64,000 nucleotides of DNA from Candidatus Entotheonellaceae bacterium (lineage in GTDB: Bacteria; Tectomicrobia; Entotheonellia; Entotheonellales; Entotheonellaceae), in assembly GCA_965238075.1 (NCBI GenBank), contig OZ250173.1, positions 1,184,001-1,248,000 on the forward strand, read 5' to 3'. The position numbers were made by a program, and so were the translations under genes. Positions 1 through 12,661 of this stretch are shown here, piece after piece; position 1 is the stretch's first letter, and every line of letters begins with the position of its first letter. The notes beneath the pieces are model-generated. The model made no database searches and was not told where the DNA came from. It worked only from the letters and a program-made list of their open reading frames with translations.

Positions 1-1
1 G

Positions 2-184
2 CAGGACGGCAGGTCCATCGTCGGATTCGCGCCGGAGGTGGCCAACGTGTACGTGGCCACCACCCACAGCGGGGTGACGCTAACGCCGTTGATCGGCGCC
101 TTCGCAGCGATTGAAATCGTGCACGGGGCGCGGGTGGAGGTGCTGGCGCCGTTTCGGCCGGAGCGATTCGGAAGCCCGGTGTGA
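2..184 (+). CDS. FAD-dependent oxidoreductase (DAO/glycine oxidase family), C-terminal fragment cut by window edge
   Basis: Manual translation QDGRSIVGFAPEVANVYVATTHSGVTLTPLIG...LAPFRPERF* matches the DAO-family C-terminal pattern; not in ORF track. Confidence 0.75.
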   Translation, partial: QDGRSIVGFAPEVANVYVATTHSGVTLTPLIGAFAAIEIVHGARVEVLAPFRPERFGSPV

Positions 185-275
185 CGGGCCGTCTGGACCT
201 GATAGCCTGAGACGCTTATACTGGCGTCCCTTTTTTGCAGCCTCCCCCCACGCCCCAAACGGAGAACCCGACCCC

Positions 276-3875
<3,600 letters not shown>

Positions 3876-3960
3876 TCCGAGGCGTGGGGGCTGGCAACCA
3901 GGAATCTCCCCCGGCACCGTTGGGGAAGCGGATTGAAACATTCACACCGGAGGTAAGAAA

Positions 3961-4812
3961 ATGACCACAGAAGGCTACGCCCACCCCGAGCTTCTTTGCG
4001 ACACGGAGTGGCTGGGGGACCATCTGGACGACCCCAACGTGCGCGTCGTGGACTGCGACCAGTTCATGGAGTATCGCCGCGGGCATATCCGCAACGCCGC
4101 GGCCATCATGGCCCCGCATCACTACGTCAAAGAACTCGGCTATGAGCGGGCTCCGAAGACGCACCCGCTGGTCATGCCGCAGGAGCCCTTCACCGACCTG
4201 ATGATGCGCATGGGCATCGACGACAACACGACCGTCGTCACCTACGACCAGTCGGCCAGCCTGTACGCCACGCGCTTCTGGTGGGTACTGGGCCTCTACG
4301 GCCACACCAACGTCAAGGTGCTCAACGGCGGCTGGCGCAAGTGGTTCGACGAAGGGCGGCCGCTATCCATCGATTCGCCGCCGGCCCGCGACACCAAGTG
4401 GGCACCACAGCGCCAGCGGGACTGGGTCTGCACCCTTGAGGACGGGCTGGCCGCGGTTGGCGACCCAGACACCATCTTCCTGGACGTGCGCTCGCCGGCA
4501 GAATGGGACGGCAGCAACGACCGCGGCAACAGCCGGGCCGGACGTATCCCCGGCGCCGTTCACCTGGAGTGGACGGACCTGATGGACACCGACCGCGCCC
4601 GCAACTTCCTGCCCGCCGACAAGATGCGGGTCATCCTGGCGGAGCGTGGCGTGACGCCGGACAAGAGAATCATTACGTATTGACAAGGTGGCATCCGTGC
4701 GGCGCACGGAATGTTTGTGTTGAGGCTTCTCGGCTACCCGCATGTTCGCAATTACGACGGCTCCATGAACGAATGGGCCAACCGCGACGACACGCCGCTG
4801 GTGCTCGATTAA
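3961..4812 (+). CDS. Tandem-domain rhodanese/sulfurtransferase (SseA-like), probable selenoprotein (TGA 4681-4683 = Sec), 283 aa
   Basis: Rhodanese motifs GHI..A, A.RFWW.L, LNGG, DVRS, GRIPGA; frame continues past TGA as [12 protein letters not shown]...[16 protein letters not shown] to TAA 4810-4812. Confidence 0.85.
4684..4718 (+). promoter_or_regulatory. Putative bacterial SECIS hairpin
   Basis: TCCGTGC-GGC-GCACGGA stem-loop (4694-4710); G-leading loop starts 17 nt after the UGA; further pairing possible below the stem. Confidence 0.7.
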
Positions 4813-4845
4813 CGGACGTGTTTCGGAATCTTCTATGCGGATTAT

Positions 4846-4878
4846 GTGGGTCGGATTAGCCGCAGGCGTAATCCGACA
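4846..4878 (+). repeat. GTAG-type REP-like palindrome
   Basis: GTGGGTCGGATTAGCCGCAGGCGTAATCCGACA hairpin between convergent genes; related copy at 11207-11236. Confidence 0.65.
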
Positions 4879-4887
4879 TTGCGCTGA

Positions 4888-5487
4888 CTACACCCCACCG
4901 TCGAGGCAGCGTTGCCGCTCGGCGGCGGCGAAGGCTTGCAGCTTGGGAAAATAGTCGTGAAAGTCCTCGACAAAGTCGGGGAGTTGCGCGTCGAGGAGCG
5001 AAGCGAGCTTGGGGCTGAGATGGGTGATCCGCAAGCGGCTCAGGACGTACTGCAGCGCGCGGTCGCGCACGGCTGGCTCGGCATATCGCACTAGCAGGTC
5101 GGTGTCGATCATGCGCTCGATGAACGGCCTGCCTCTGTCGGGCACGTACGCATCGAACCGGCGCAGAGCAGTATAGACCTCGGCGGTGAAGTCGGTGAGG
5201 GCGACGCTGGCGTAGCGCGGCCACGTCAGCGCGAGGCAATGATCAGCCACGATGTCGAGCAGCACGGGCGCGGCCCGTCGCAACTCGACGTCGAAGCGCG
5301 CGATGCTGGGTTTCATGTCAGCCAAGCGGTTGGAAAACGCGTCGATGCGCCGGTGCAGGCGAATGCCGGCGCGCAGCTCGGTCGGCAGCGACTCGGGCAC
5401 CCTCCCCTTCACGAAATCGCCGAGCACCCCGCCGGCGATCCAACCCTGGCCGGGCCAGGCCAACAGGCAATGGGCGAGAAAGTTCAT
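4888..5487 (-). CDS. acpH: Acyl carrier protein phosphodiesterase
   Basis: MNFLAH...LGDFVKG...GIRLHRRIDAF...DHCLA motif series of the AcpH family. Confidence 0.85.
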   Translation of the reverse strand: MNFLAHCLLAWPGQGWIAGGVLGDFVKGRVPESLPTELRAGIRLHRRIDAFSNRLADMKPSIARFDVELRRAAPVLLDIVADHCLALTWPRYASVALTDFTAEVYTALRRFDAYVPDRGRPFIERMIDTDLLVRYAEPAVRDRALQYVLSRLRITHLSPKLASLLDAQLPDFVEDFHDYFPKLQAFAAAERQRCLDGGV

Positions 5488-5529
5488 ACGGTTAACGCCT
5501 GGGATTTGATTATCTTACCGGCGACTCCA

Positions 5530-6666
5530 CTACAAAGCCGGCCGGCTGGAAGTGCCGTAGCCGGTGAGTTCCACATAGCCCTTGCCCACCGGTAGGCCGT
5601 CCTGTAACAGCTTCACGGCCCCTTCCCAGTAATGTAGCGTGCCGATCAGGCTGCTGCGGTTCTCCTGGTCGGCCATCTCGACCACTATTTCCAGATCAAG
5701 CTGCTCCCGTGGAATGGTCAGGCGCCAGCGCGACGGGTAAACGCCTTCGGTGTGCGGGCTTTTCCAGCGTGCCTGACTGGTGACGGTGAAGGTTCCCCTG
5801 TCAAGGTACGTGGCGCTGCCGTCCGGGTACACGACCGTGCCGCTGGCGAAGTCGGTGGTGCCGTCCTCGCGCCGCAGGAGGAAGAGCATGACCTCTCGCC
5901 GGTCGTCGAGTTGCAGGCTGAACCAGTCCCAGCCGAGCTGGTGCGGCGCCAGAACGCTGGTGAAGAATTCCTTGTCCATCCAGCTTTCGCCGCTGACCTG
6001 CCACGTCTGGCCATCGAGGCTCAGGTGGCCGCTGGTTTGCAGCCGGGTGAAGCTGTAGTACAGGCTGGCGCCGCTGCCGGATTGCGTTTTGCGGCTGTAG
6101 CCGTTGGGGCCTTGGAAGACGAGAGGTTTGCCGGGCTGCGTGGACAGTGAGAAGGCCATACCCTGCGCGTCGTCGCGCATGTCGAAATCGAAGCCGCTGC
6201 CGTTCCACGATAGCCGCCATTGGCCGGGGGTGCCGGCCGGCGCTTGGCTCCAGGCGATCAGCGGCAAACTCGCTTCGCTCGCTCGCTGTGGCCAGTCCCC
6301 GAAGCCGCCCAACAGCGGGACGGCGCGGTAGATCACCTCGCTGAAGCGGTGCTCGTTGCGGTCCAAGTCGCTGACCGCGGCGTGGCCCATGATCAGGCCG
6401 CGGGCCGCCCAGGCGGAATCCGCATCGGGTGCCGTTGGCAGCACGCCGACGCGGAAGAACGTGAACTGGTAGCCGAAGCGCCGCCCGTCGTCGGCCTGCA
6501 AATGGCCGGTGAAGTACCACCATTCCGTTTTGTAACCCTCGTGCGCCCAGTGGTCGCGGGGGAACGACCAAACATAGTCCGGTTGCGCCGTTTTCCAGTC
6601 GTTGGCTGCCACCGGGTTCAAAACGCCGAGGATCAGCAGCGCGATGAGTACCCGTTTCATCGTCAA
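5530..6666 (-). CDS. Secreted lipocalin-like/AttH (carotenoid 1,2-hydratase-like) protein
   Basis: Signal peptide; FPRDH..H..Y.TEWWYFTG, YYSFTR, WMDKEF, GWDWF, YWEG, GYVELTGY motifs. Confidence 0.8.
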   Translation of the reverse strand: MTMKRVLIALLILGVLNPVAANDWKTAQPDYVWSFPRDHWAHEGYKTEWWYFTGHLQADDGRRFGYQFTFFRVGVLPTAPDADSAWAARGLIMGHAAVSDLDRNEHRFSEVIYRAVPLLGGFGDWPQRASEASLPLIAWSQAPAGTPGQWRLSWNGSGFDFDMRDDAQGMAFSLSTQPGKPLVFQGPNGYSRKTQSGSGASLYYSFTRLQTSGHLSLDGQTWQVSGESWMDKEFFTSVLAPHQLGWDWFSLQLDDRREVMLFLLRREDGTTDFASGTVVYPDGSATYLDRGTFTVTSQARWKSPHTEGVYPSRWRLTIPREQLDLEIVVEMADQENRSSLIGTLHYWEGAVKLLQDGLPVGKGYVELTGYGTSSRPAL

Positions 6667-6675
6667 TCCTCCTCG

Positions 6676-9243
6676 CTACAAATCGTCCCGGCTCAACGCC
6701 GCCGCGCCTCGGGCTACCAAGCTTTGTCCCGCCCACCCTACGCGGAACGCCGGATACAGGCTCGCCAGCACGGCAGCGCCGAGAATGGTCGCCGCCTGCT
6801 GAGCGATCAGGCCCCAATCCACGTACGGCTGAATCGTCCAGCCAAAATAGGCGCGGTTGATGACGTAGATCAGCAATCCGGCCAGCAGCACCCCGCCGAT
6901 GCTGCCCAGCGCCAGGCCCATGACGCCCATGCTCAGGCCCTTGCCCACGAAGACGCCGAAGAGTTGCCGCCCCCTGGCGCCGAGCGAGCGGCACAGCGCC
7001 AGTTCCGAGACCTGCTCGCGCGCCAGCACCAGCAGCATGAGGGCGATACCGCAGACGGCGATGAGCAGGCTCATGAACTGCAGCAGGCGTGTAATCGCGA
7101 ACGTCTGGTCGAAGATGGCCAGCACCTCCTCGCGCAGGCGGCGATTGCTCCGCACCTCGAGCGGCGCATTCGCTAGCGCGGCCTGCAGTTCCGCTACCAC
7201 AGCGGCCACGTCGGCGCCGGGGCGCAGGTACAGGGCGGTGCTGCTGACAGGACCCGGGCCGAACGCCTGCGCCATGGTGCGCAGGTCCATGGCCGCGGCG
7301 CCGTCGCCAGCGCTGTAATCGTAATACACGGCCGCGACGGGAAAGCGCTGCACGCCGGTGGGCGTGTGAATGGGCAGGACGTCGCCGACCCACACGCCGG
7401 CCTTGCGGGCCAGCGTCTCGCCGACGAAAACGCCGCGGCGCTCGCGCACCGCCTCGTACGGATTGGGCAGCGCGCCGGGAAGAAAGGGAAAGCGGCTGAG
7501 CCCTTGCGCCAAGCCCATCTCGACGCCGGAAATGGTGATGCGCCGGACGGTGGCCGTCTGCCAGTCGCCCGTGTAGCCGTGAAATCGCCGCAGGCGGTCG
7601 ACGGCCTGCACCGCTGGATGGCCCGTGACGCTGGCCATGACGTGCGGCTCCAGGCCGCCGTCGCTTCCGGTGCCACGCCACGAAGCCGGGGCGATGTACA
7701 CGTCTGCCTGGATCGAGGTGCCGATCCACACGCTGAGGGTCTGGCGAAAGCTGCCGATCATCAGGGTGATGCCGATCAGCATGCTGACCGCCACCGCCAG
7801 CGACGCCACCGCCACCGAGGTCGTCTGCAGCCGCACGCCGAGCCCCTTCAGGCTGTAGCCGAGACCGAAGCCCCGCACCCGAATACGGGCGCACAACTCG
7901 CGCACCAGCAGCGGGGTCAGCAGCGGCAGGGTGAGCAGCAGCACCACGGCGAGCACGAACCCGGCGTGCTGCCAATGGCGGCCGTGCAGACCGTACCAGG
8001 CGGCGGCCGTCAGCGGCAGCGCCACGCCGAGGGCGAACAGGCGCGGCGCCAGGCTGCCGACGGTTTCGTGCAGCGTGAAGGCCGACAGCAGCGCTCGGGT
8101 ATCGCGGCGCGCCATGTCGAGGGCGGGCAGCAGCGCCCCGACCACGGCGCCGCCGATGCCGATGCCGATGCCGAGGACGTACAGCCACGTCGTCATCTCC
8201 AGGCGGGCGATTTCTTCCAGCAAATAGAGATTGCTGAGCGTGGCGCTGACCACGCGCACGTTGGCCTGCGCCACGCCGTAGCCCAGCGGTAGGCCGAGGG
8301 CGGCGCCGAGGCCGCCCAGCAGGCCGACCTCGGTGATGATGAGTGCAAACACCTGGCGGCGCGTGGCCCCCAGCGAGCGCAGCAAGCCGAATTCCTCGCG
8401 CCGCCGCACCAGGGCCGCCTGGGTGCTACTGTAGACGAGAAACACGCCGACAAACAGGCTGATAAGGCTGAGTGCGGTGAGATTGAGCTGAAACGCCGAC
8501 AGCAAGCCCTTGGCCTGCGCTTCCCGCTGTTCCGGCGTCACCACCCGCACGGCCGGGCCGAGGCGCTCTTGCAGGCGCGCCCGCATGGCGGCGGTGTCGG
8601 CGCCGTCGATGAGTTTGACGTCGATCTGATGGATGGCGCCGGCATCGCCGAACAGACTCTGTGCCTGGGCGATGTCCATGACCGCCAGTTTGGGACTGGC
8701 CAGCGGATTGAGGGCGTGAAAATCGACCAACGCGCCGACCGTCAGATGCACCAGCCGGGAACCCCACGACACCGTGAAGGCGTCGCCGACGCGCCAGCCC
8801 ATTTGCTCGGCCAGGAGCGGTGTCAGGGCCACCCAACCCGGTTGGCTGAGGGCCGCCGCCGGGTCTCCCGGCTCGCCTTGCCAGGGGATGTCGACCGGCG
8901 TGAAGAAATCGACGCCGATGAGGTCGAGCATGCCGTCATCACGGCCGGATAAGGCCACGGCGGCACGCCACAGCGGCCAGGCCGCCTGCACGCCGGGCGT
9001 GGGCAGGACGCGCGGGTAGAGGTCTTCGGGGAAGCTCGGTGTGTAGCCGAGCACGCTGAGGTCGGCCTCGCCGCTGACCGCCTTGACGCTGCCCGCGAAG
9101 GCGGCGATGGCGTTGCGGTTGATGATCTGGATCGACAGCACCGCGGCCACGCCGAGGGCCACACCGAGAATGGTGAGCAGGTACAGGCTGCCGCCGGCTC
9201 GCAGGTGGGCCGCCATGGCGGTGACGAAATAGCGCCGCATCAT
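6676..9243 (-). CDS. FtsX/MacB-like ABC permease (AttF/G-like, duplicated)
   Basis: 855 aa, two MacB/FtsX-type halves, RREEFGLLRSLGAT motif. Confidence 0.8.
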   Translation of the reverse strand: MMRRYFVTAMAAHLRAGGSLYLLTILGVALGVAAVLSIQIINRNAIAAFAGSVKAVSGEADLSVLGYTPSFPEDLYPRVLPTPGVQAAWPLWRAAVALSGRDDGMLDLIGVDFFTPVDIPWQGEPGDPAAALSQPGWVALTPLLAEQMGWRVGDAFTVSWGSRLVHLTVGALVDFHALNPLASPKLAVMDIAQAQSLFGDAGAIHQIDVKLIDGADTAAMRARLQERLGPAVRVVTPEQREAQAKGLLSAFQLNLTALSLISLFVGVFLVYSSTQAALVRRREEFGLLRSLGATRRQVFALIITEVGLLGGLGAALGLPLGYGVAQANVRVVSATLSNLYLLEEIARLEMTTWLYVLGIGIGIGGAVVGALLPALDMARRDTRALLSAFTLHETVGSLAPRLFALGVALPLTAAAWYGLHGRHWQHAGFVLAVVLLLTLPLLTPLLVRELCARIRVRGFGLGYSLKGLGVRLQTTSVAVASLAVAVSMLIGITLMIGSFRQTLSVWIGTSIQADVYIAPASWRGTGSDGGLEPHVMASVTGHPAVQAVDRLRRFHGYTGDWQTATVRRITISGVEMGLAQGLSRFPFLPGALPNPYEAVRERRGVFVGETLARKAGVWVGDVLPIHTPTGVQRFPVAAVYYDYSAGDGAAAMDLRTMAQAFGPGPVSSTALYLRPGADVAAVVAELQAALANAPLEVRSNRRLREEVLAIFDQTFAITRLLQFMSLLIAVCGIALMLLVLAREQVSELALCRSLGARGRQLFGVFVGKGLSMGVMGLALGSIGGVLLAGLLIYVINRAYFGWTIQPYVDWGLIAQQAATILGAAVLASLYPAFRVGWAGQSLVARGAAALSRDDL

Positions 9244-9983
9244 GACGGGTGAGGGGCGGCGGGCGCCTCGGCCTCGGCGTGCGGACTCAGGACACCGCTG
9301 TGCAGACGCCAGACCTCGTCCGCCAGGGCAGACACCTCGCGGCTGTGGGTTACGAAGATGAGCGTGCCGCCTTCCTCGGCGACCAGCGACAGCATCAACT
9401 CCATGACGCGCCAGCCGTTCTCGTCGTCGAGGTTGCCGGTGGGCTCGTCGGCGAGCAGCAGGTGGGGTCGGCGCATCAGGGCGCGGCAGATGGCGACGCG
9501 CTGCATCTCGCCGCCGGAGAGCTTTTGCACCCGTTCGTGGGTGCGGTCACTCAGGCCGACACGGTCCAGAAGCTGCGCCACGCGGGGCTCGAACCGTCGC
9601 GGTTTGTCCCCGGCGATGAGGGAAGGCAGGGCGACGTTGTCATGCACCGACAAGTGAGGCATGAGGTAGAAGAATTGGAAGACGAGGCCGACGTGATCGC
9701 GCCGCAGGGTGGTGCGGGCGGTTTCGGACATTTCAGCTAGGGAGCGGCCCATGACCCGGACGTCGCCGCGGGTGGGGACGTCGATGCCGGCGGCGAGGTG
9801 CAGCAGGGTGGACTTGCCGCTGCCGCTGCGGCCCACGATGGCGATGCGGCGGCCCTCCGGCACCGCGAACGACAGGTTGTGCAGAACGTGCCGCTGCTCG
9901 CCGCTTGGGGCCGCGTAAGCCTTGCTCACAGCGTCGAACGCGAGGACTGCTGTCGAGTTGTCGGCCACGGGCTGGCTTTCCAT
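9240..9983 (-). CDS. ABC transporter ATP-binding protein (LolD/AttE-like)
   Basis: GRSGSGKS, LSGGEMQRVAI, LLADEPTGNLD. Confidence 0.9.
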   Translation of the reverse strand: MESQPVADNSTAVLAFDAVSKAYAAPSGEQRHVLHNLSFAVPEGRRIAIVGRSGSGKSTLLHLAAGIDVPTRGDVRVMGRSLAEMSETARTTLRRDHVGLVFQFFYLMPHLSVHDNVALPSLIAGDKPRRFEPRVAQLLDRVGLSDRTHERVQKLSGGEMQRVAICRALMRRPHLLLADEPTGNLDDENGWRVMELMLSLVAEEGGTLIFVTHSREVSALADEVWRLHSGVLSPHAEAEAPAAPHPS

Positions 9984-10001
9984 GCGAGGCGGGCGCTTGG
10001 G

Positions 10002-11057
10002 CTACGGGTAGCAGGCGTAGACAGTGTTCATCTGGTCGTGCGGATCGGCCACCTCAACGCGGGTGAATCCCGTCTCAGCCAGCATGCGGCGGGCCAACTG
10101 CTCGCCCCACACGGTGCCGAGCCCGGCGCCGTCGTGGGCCAGCGACACGGTCATGCAGTGCATCACGCTGACGGAGTAGAGCGCCGGCGCGACGGACATG
10201 CCGATGTTGTCGGCGAGATCGCTGGAGGCTTTGATGTCGAGCATCAGAAACGTGCCGTCGGGGGCCAGGGCGTCACGAATCTGGTTCAGCACGCCCCGGG
10301 GATCGACCTGATCGTGGATGGCGTCGAAGGCGGTAATCAGATCGAACTTCGGTTCCGTGGGGAAGTGGCGCACGTCCTGCACGTCGAAGCTGGCGTTGTT
10401 CAGGCCGCATGCCTGGGCCTCGTCGCGGGCGCTTTCGATGGCGTCCTGGCCGATGTCATAGCCGACGAAGGTGGAGGCCGGGAAGGCTTGCGCCATCAGG
10501 TTGGCGGCGTGGCCGGTGCCGCAACCGACGTCGCAGGCGCGCAGGCCGCGGCTGAGGCGCTCCGTGAGGCCGGGCACCGCCGGCAGGTAGTTGCTGAGCA
10601 GAAAGCGGTCGTGCCGGCGACGGCTACCGAGGTTCTGGAAGGTGGTGAAATCAGGCCGAAAGGCGGTATACGGCACGCCGCCGCCGTTCTTGAAGGCTTC
10701 GGTGACGCCTTGCACGTGTTTGGTGAACAGCACGGTGCGGTGCGCGAAGGCGGTCACGTTGTCGATGCCGGTGAGCAGGCCGGCGTGTTCAGGTGGCAGG
10801 GTGTAGGTGAGGGTGTCGGCATCGTATTCGAAGATGCCGCCGGTGACCATGGCGCCGAGCCATTCGCGCACGTAGCGTTCCTGCAGGCCGGCGCGCTCGG
10901 CGAGCTGCTGGCTGCTGGCCGAGCCCTGGGCGGCGGCGTCGAAGAGGCCGAGATCGTCGCCGATCTTCAGCATCAGGTTGAGCATGCCGCCGTTGTTAAT
11001 GCCCGCCAAGGTGTGCCGAAAGGTGCGTAGCTTTTGTTGATCGAGGTTCGCCGCCAT
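10002..11057 (-). CDS. SAM-dependent methyltransferase with N-terminal wHTH (Rv2258c-like)
   Basis: ERYVREWL helix, DVGCGTG SAM motif, FDAIHD, LGTVWGE. Confidence 0.85.
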   Translation of the reverse strand: MAANLDQQKLRTFRHTLAGINNGGMLNLMLKIGDDLGLFDAAAQGSASSQQLAERAGLQERYVREWLGAMVTGGIFEYDADTLTYTLPPEHAGLLTGIDNVTAFAHRTVLFTKHVQGVTEAFKNGGGVPYTAFRPDFTTFQNLGSRRRHDRFLLSNYLPAVPGLTERLSRGLRACDVGCGTGHAANLMAQAFPASTFVGYDIGQDAIESARDEAQACGLNNASFDVQDVRHFPTEPKFDLITAFDAIHDQVDPRGVLNQIRDALAPDGTFLMLDIKASSDLADNIGMSVAPALYSVSVMHCMTVSLAHDGAGLGTVWGEQLARRMLAETGFTRVEVADPHDQMNTVYACYP

Positions 11058-11206
11058 TGCCTGTCTCCCCTGGTTGTCGTGCCGCTCAAAGCCCCCTGGT
11101 CAAAGGGCGAGTATCGACGATTGCCGGGCGGAAGACAAGGCATAGTCACGCGCCTGGACCGTTGCACGGGGCGTCGGGTGCGGTGATAATGTCTTGCTGC
11201 TTGGCA

Positions 11207-11236
11207 TGCCGGATTACGCTGCGCGAATCTGACCTG
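11207..11236 (-). repeat. Degenerate GTAG-type REP-like palindrome
   Basis: TGCCGGATTACGCTGCGCGAATCTGACCTG resembles the reverse complement of 4846-4878. Confidence 0.5.
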
Positions 11237-11265
11237 TTTTCATATCCATACTAAGGAATTAAAAA

Positions 11266-12018
11266 ATGAGTGGTGGCTACGATATCGAGTTTTTCTGGGA
11301 TCCGGTGTGCCCCTTTGCGTGGATCACCTCGCGGTGGGTGGAGAAGGTGGCGGCGCAGACGGGTTACCGGGTGGATTGGCGTTTCATCTCGCTGCGGCTG
11401 CTGAACAAGCACAAGGACTATGCAACCGAGTTCCCACCCGATTATGAGCATTTCCACGGCGCCGGGCTGCGCATGCTGCGGGTCGCCGCCAAGGTACGGG
11501 CCGAGTTGGGCCGCGAGCACATGGGGCCGCTGTACGCGGCGTACGGCCAAGCCTATTGGGAGCAGGAGAAGGGCTCCGGCATGCGCCAGCGGCTGGGCAC
11601 CGCGGCGCACATCAGCGACACCCTGATCGCGGCCGGGCTGCCCACGACGTTCGCCGCCGCGGCTGACGACACCGGCTGGGACGCGGAGCTTGAGGCCGAG
11701 ACCGACCTGGCGCTCAGCCGCACCGGGCGCGACGTCGGCACCCCCATCATCACCTTCGAGCCGCCCGATGGGCTGTCGTTCTTCGGCCCGGTGATCTCGC
11801 GCGTGCCTAGCGATGCAGACGCCGTGACGCTGTGGAACGCCGTCATCACCCTGGCGCGGTTTCCCGGCTTTGCCGAACTCAAGCGCAGCCTGCGCGAAGT
11901 GCCGCAACTACGCCTGCTGGGCGCCCTCAGCGATGCCCCGGAACAGGAGGACTGGCAAGGCGGCCATCGTGCCGACGCGCTGCCGGGCGCGCAGGATGAG
12001 GGTAAAGACAAGGAGTGA
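11266..12018 (+). CDS. DsbA-like thioredoxin-fold protein (Rv2466c-like)
   Basis: FWDPVCPFAWITSRW, DVGTP, FFGPVISRVP, FAELKRS. Confidence 0.8.
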   Translation: MSGGYDIEFFWDPVCPFAWITSRWVEKVAAQTGYRVDWRFISLRLLNKHKDYATEFPPDYEHFHGAGLRMLRVAAKVRAELGREHMGPLYAAYGQAYWEQEKGSGMRQRLGTAAHISDTLIAAGLPTTFAAAADDTGWDAELEAETDLALSRTGRDVGTPIITFEPPDGLSFFGPVISRVPSDADAVTLWNAVITLARFPGFAELKRSLREVPQLRLLGALSDAPEQEDWQGGHRADALPGAQDEGKDKE

Positions 12019-12022
12019 CGCC

Positions 12023-12661
12023 ATGGCCCTGTCGACGAGCGACATGACGGTTGCTGATCTGCTGGAGCGCTTCGGCCCGATCCCTGCCGCGCGCATTCGC
12101 ACCGATCCGCCGCCGGGCACCGCCACCGAGCAGGACGTGATCGACATCGAGAACCGGGAGTCCCGTCTCTGCGAGCTGGTGGACGGCGTGTTGGTGGAGA
12201 AAACTGTGGGTTATTACGAATCGTATCTGACTGTGCGGCTTATCTTGTTGATCGGTGCGTTCGTGGAACAACACAATCTCGGTTGCGTAACTGGCGCAGA
12301 CGGTATGATGCGCCTTGCGCCGGGCCTGGTGCGTATCCCCGACGTTTCGTTCGTCTCGTGGAATCAGTTGCCTGGGCGTCGTGTTCCACGAGTGCCGATC
12401 GCCGAACTGGCGCCGGATTTGGCAGTGGAGGTGATCAGTCCAAGTAACACAGCCCGGGAAATGGAACGAAAACTCCAGGACTTCTTGACCGCTCGCGTAC
12501 GGCTGGTGTGGTATGTGCTGCCGGTGCCTCAGGAGGTCCACGTGTACACCGCTGAGCGGCATGACGTTTTGACCATTGACCAGGAGCTTTCCGGCGGCGA
12601 CGTGCTGCCGGGGTTTGCGCTGCCGCTGCGGCGGCTGTTTGAAGAATCGGAGGATAGGTAA
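12023..12661 (+). CDS. Uma2 family (PD-(D/E)XK) endonuclease-like protein
   Basis: ELVDGVLVEK, RIPDVSFV, PDLAVEVISPSNT, GGDVLPGF. Confidence 0.85.
   Translation: MALSTSDMTVADLLERFGPIPAARIRTDPPPGTATEQDVIDIENRESRLCELVDGVLVEKTVGYYESYLTVRLILLIGAFVEQHNLGCVTGADGMMRLAPGLVRIPDVSFVSWNQLPGRRVPRVPIAELAPDLAVEVISPSNTAREMERKLQDFLTARVRLVWYVLPVPQEVHVYTAERHDVLTIDQELSGGDVLPGFALPLRRLFEESEDR

Noticed and set aside
3961-4683. 240-aa rhodanese ending at TGA
   Set aside because: It would lack the catalytic loop and C-terminal signature, both of which are encoded in frame after the TGA.
4996-5007. GAGCGAAGCGAG in acpH as another repeat insertion
   Set aside because: It is too short and explained by ordinary codons (LASL).
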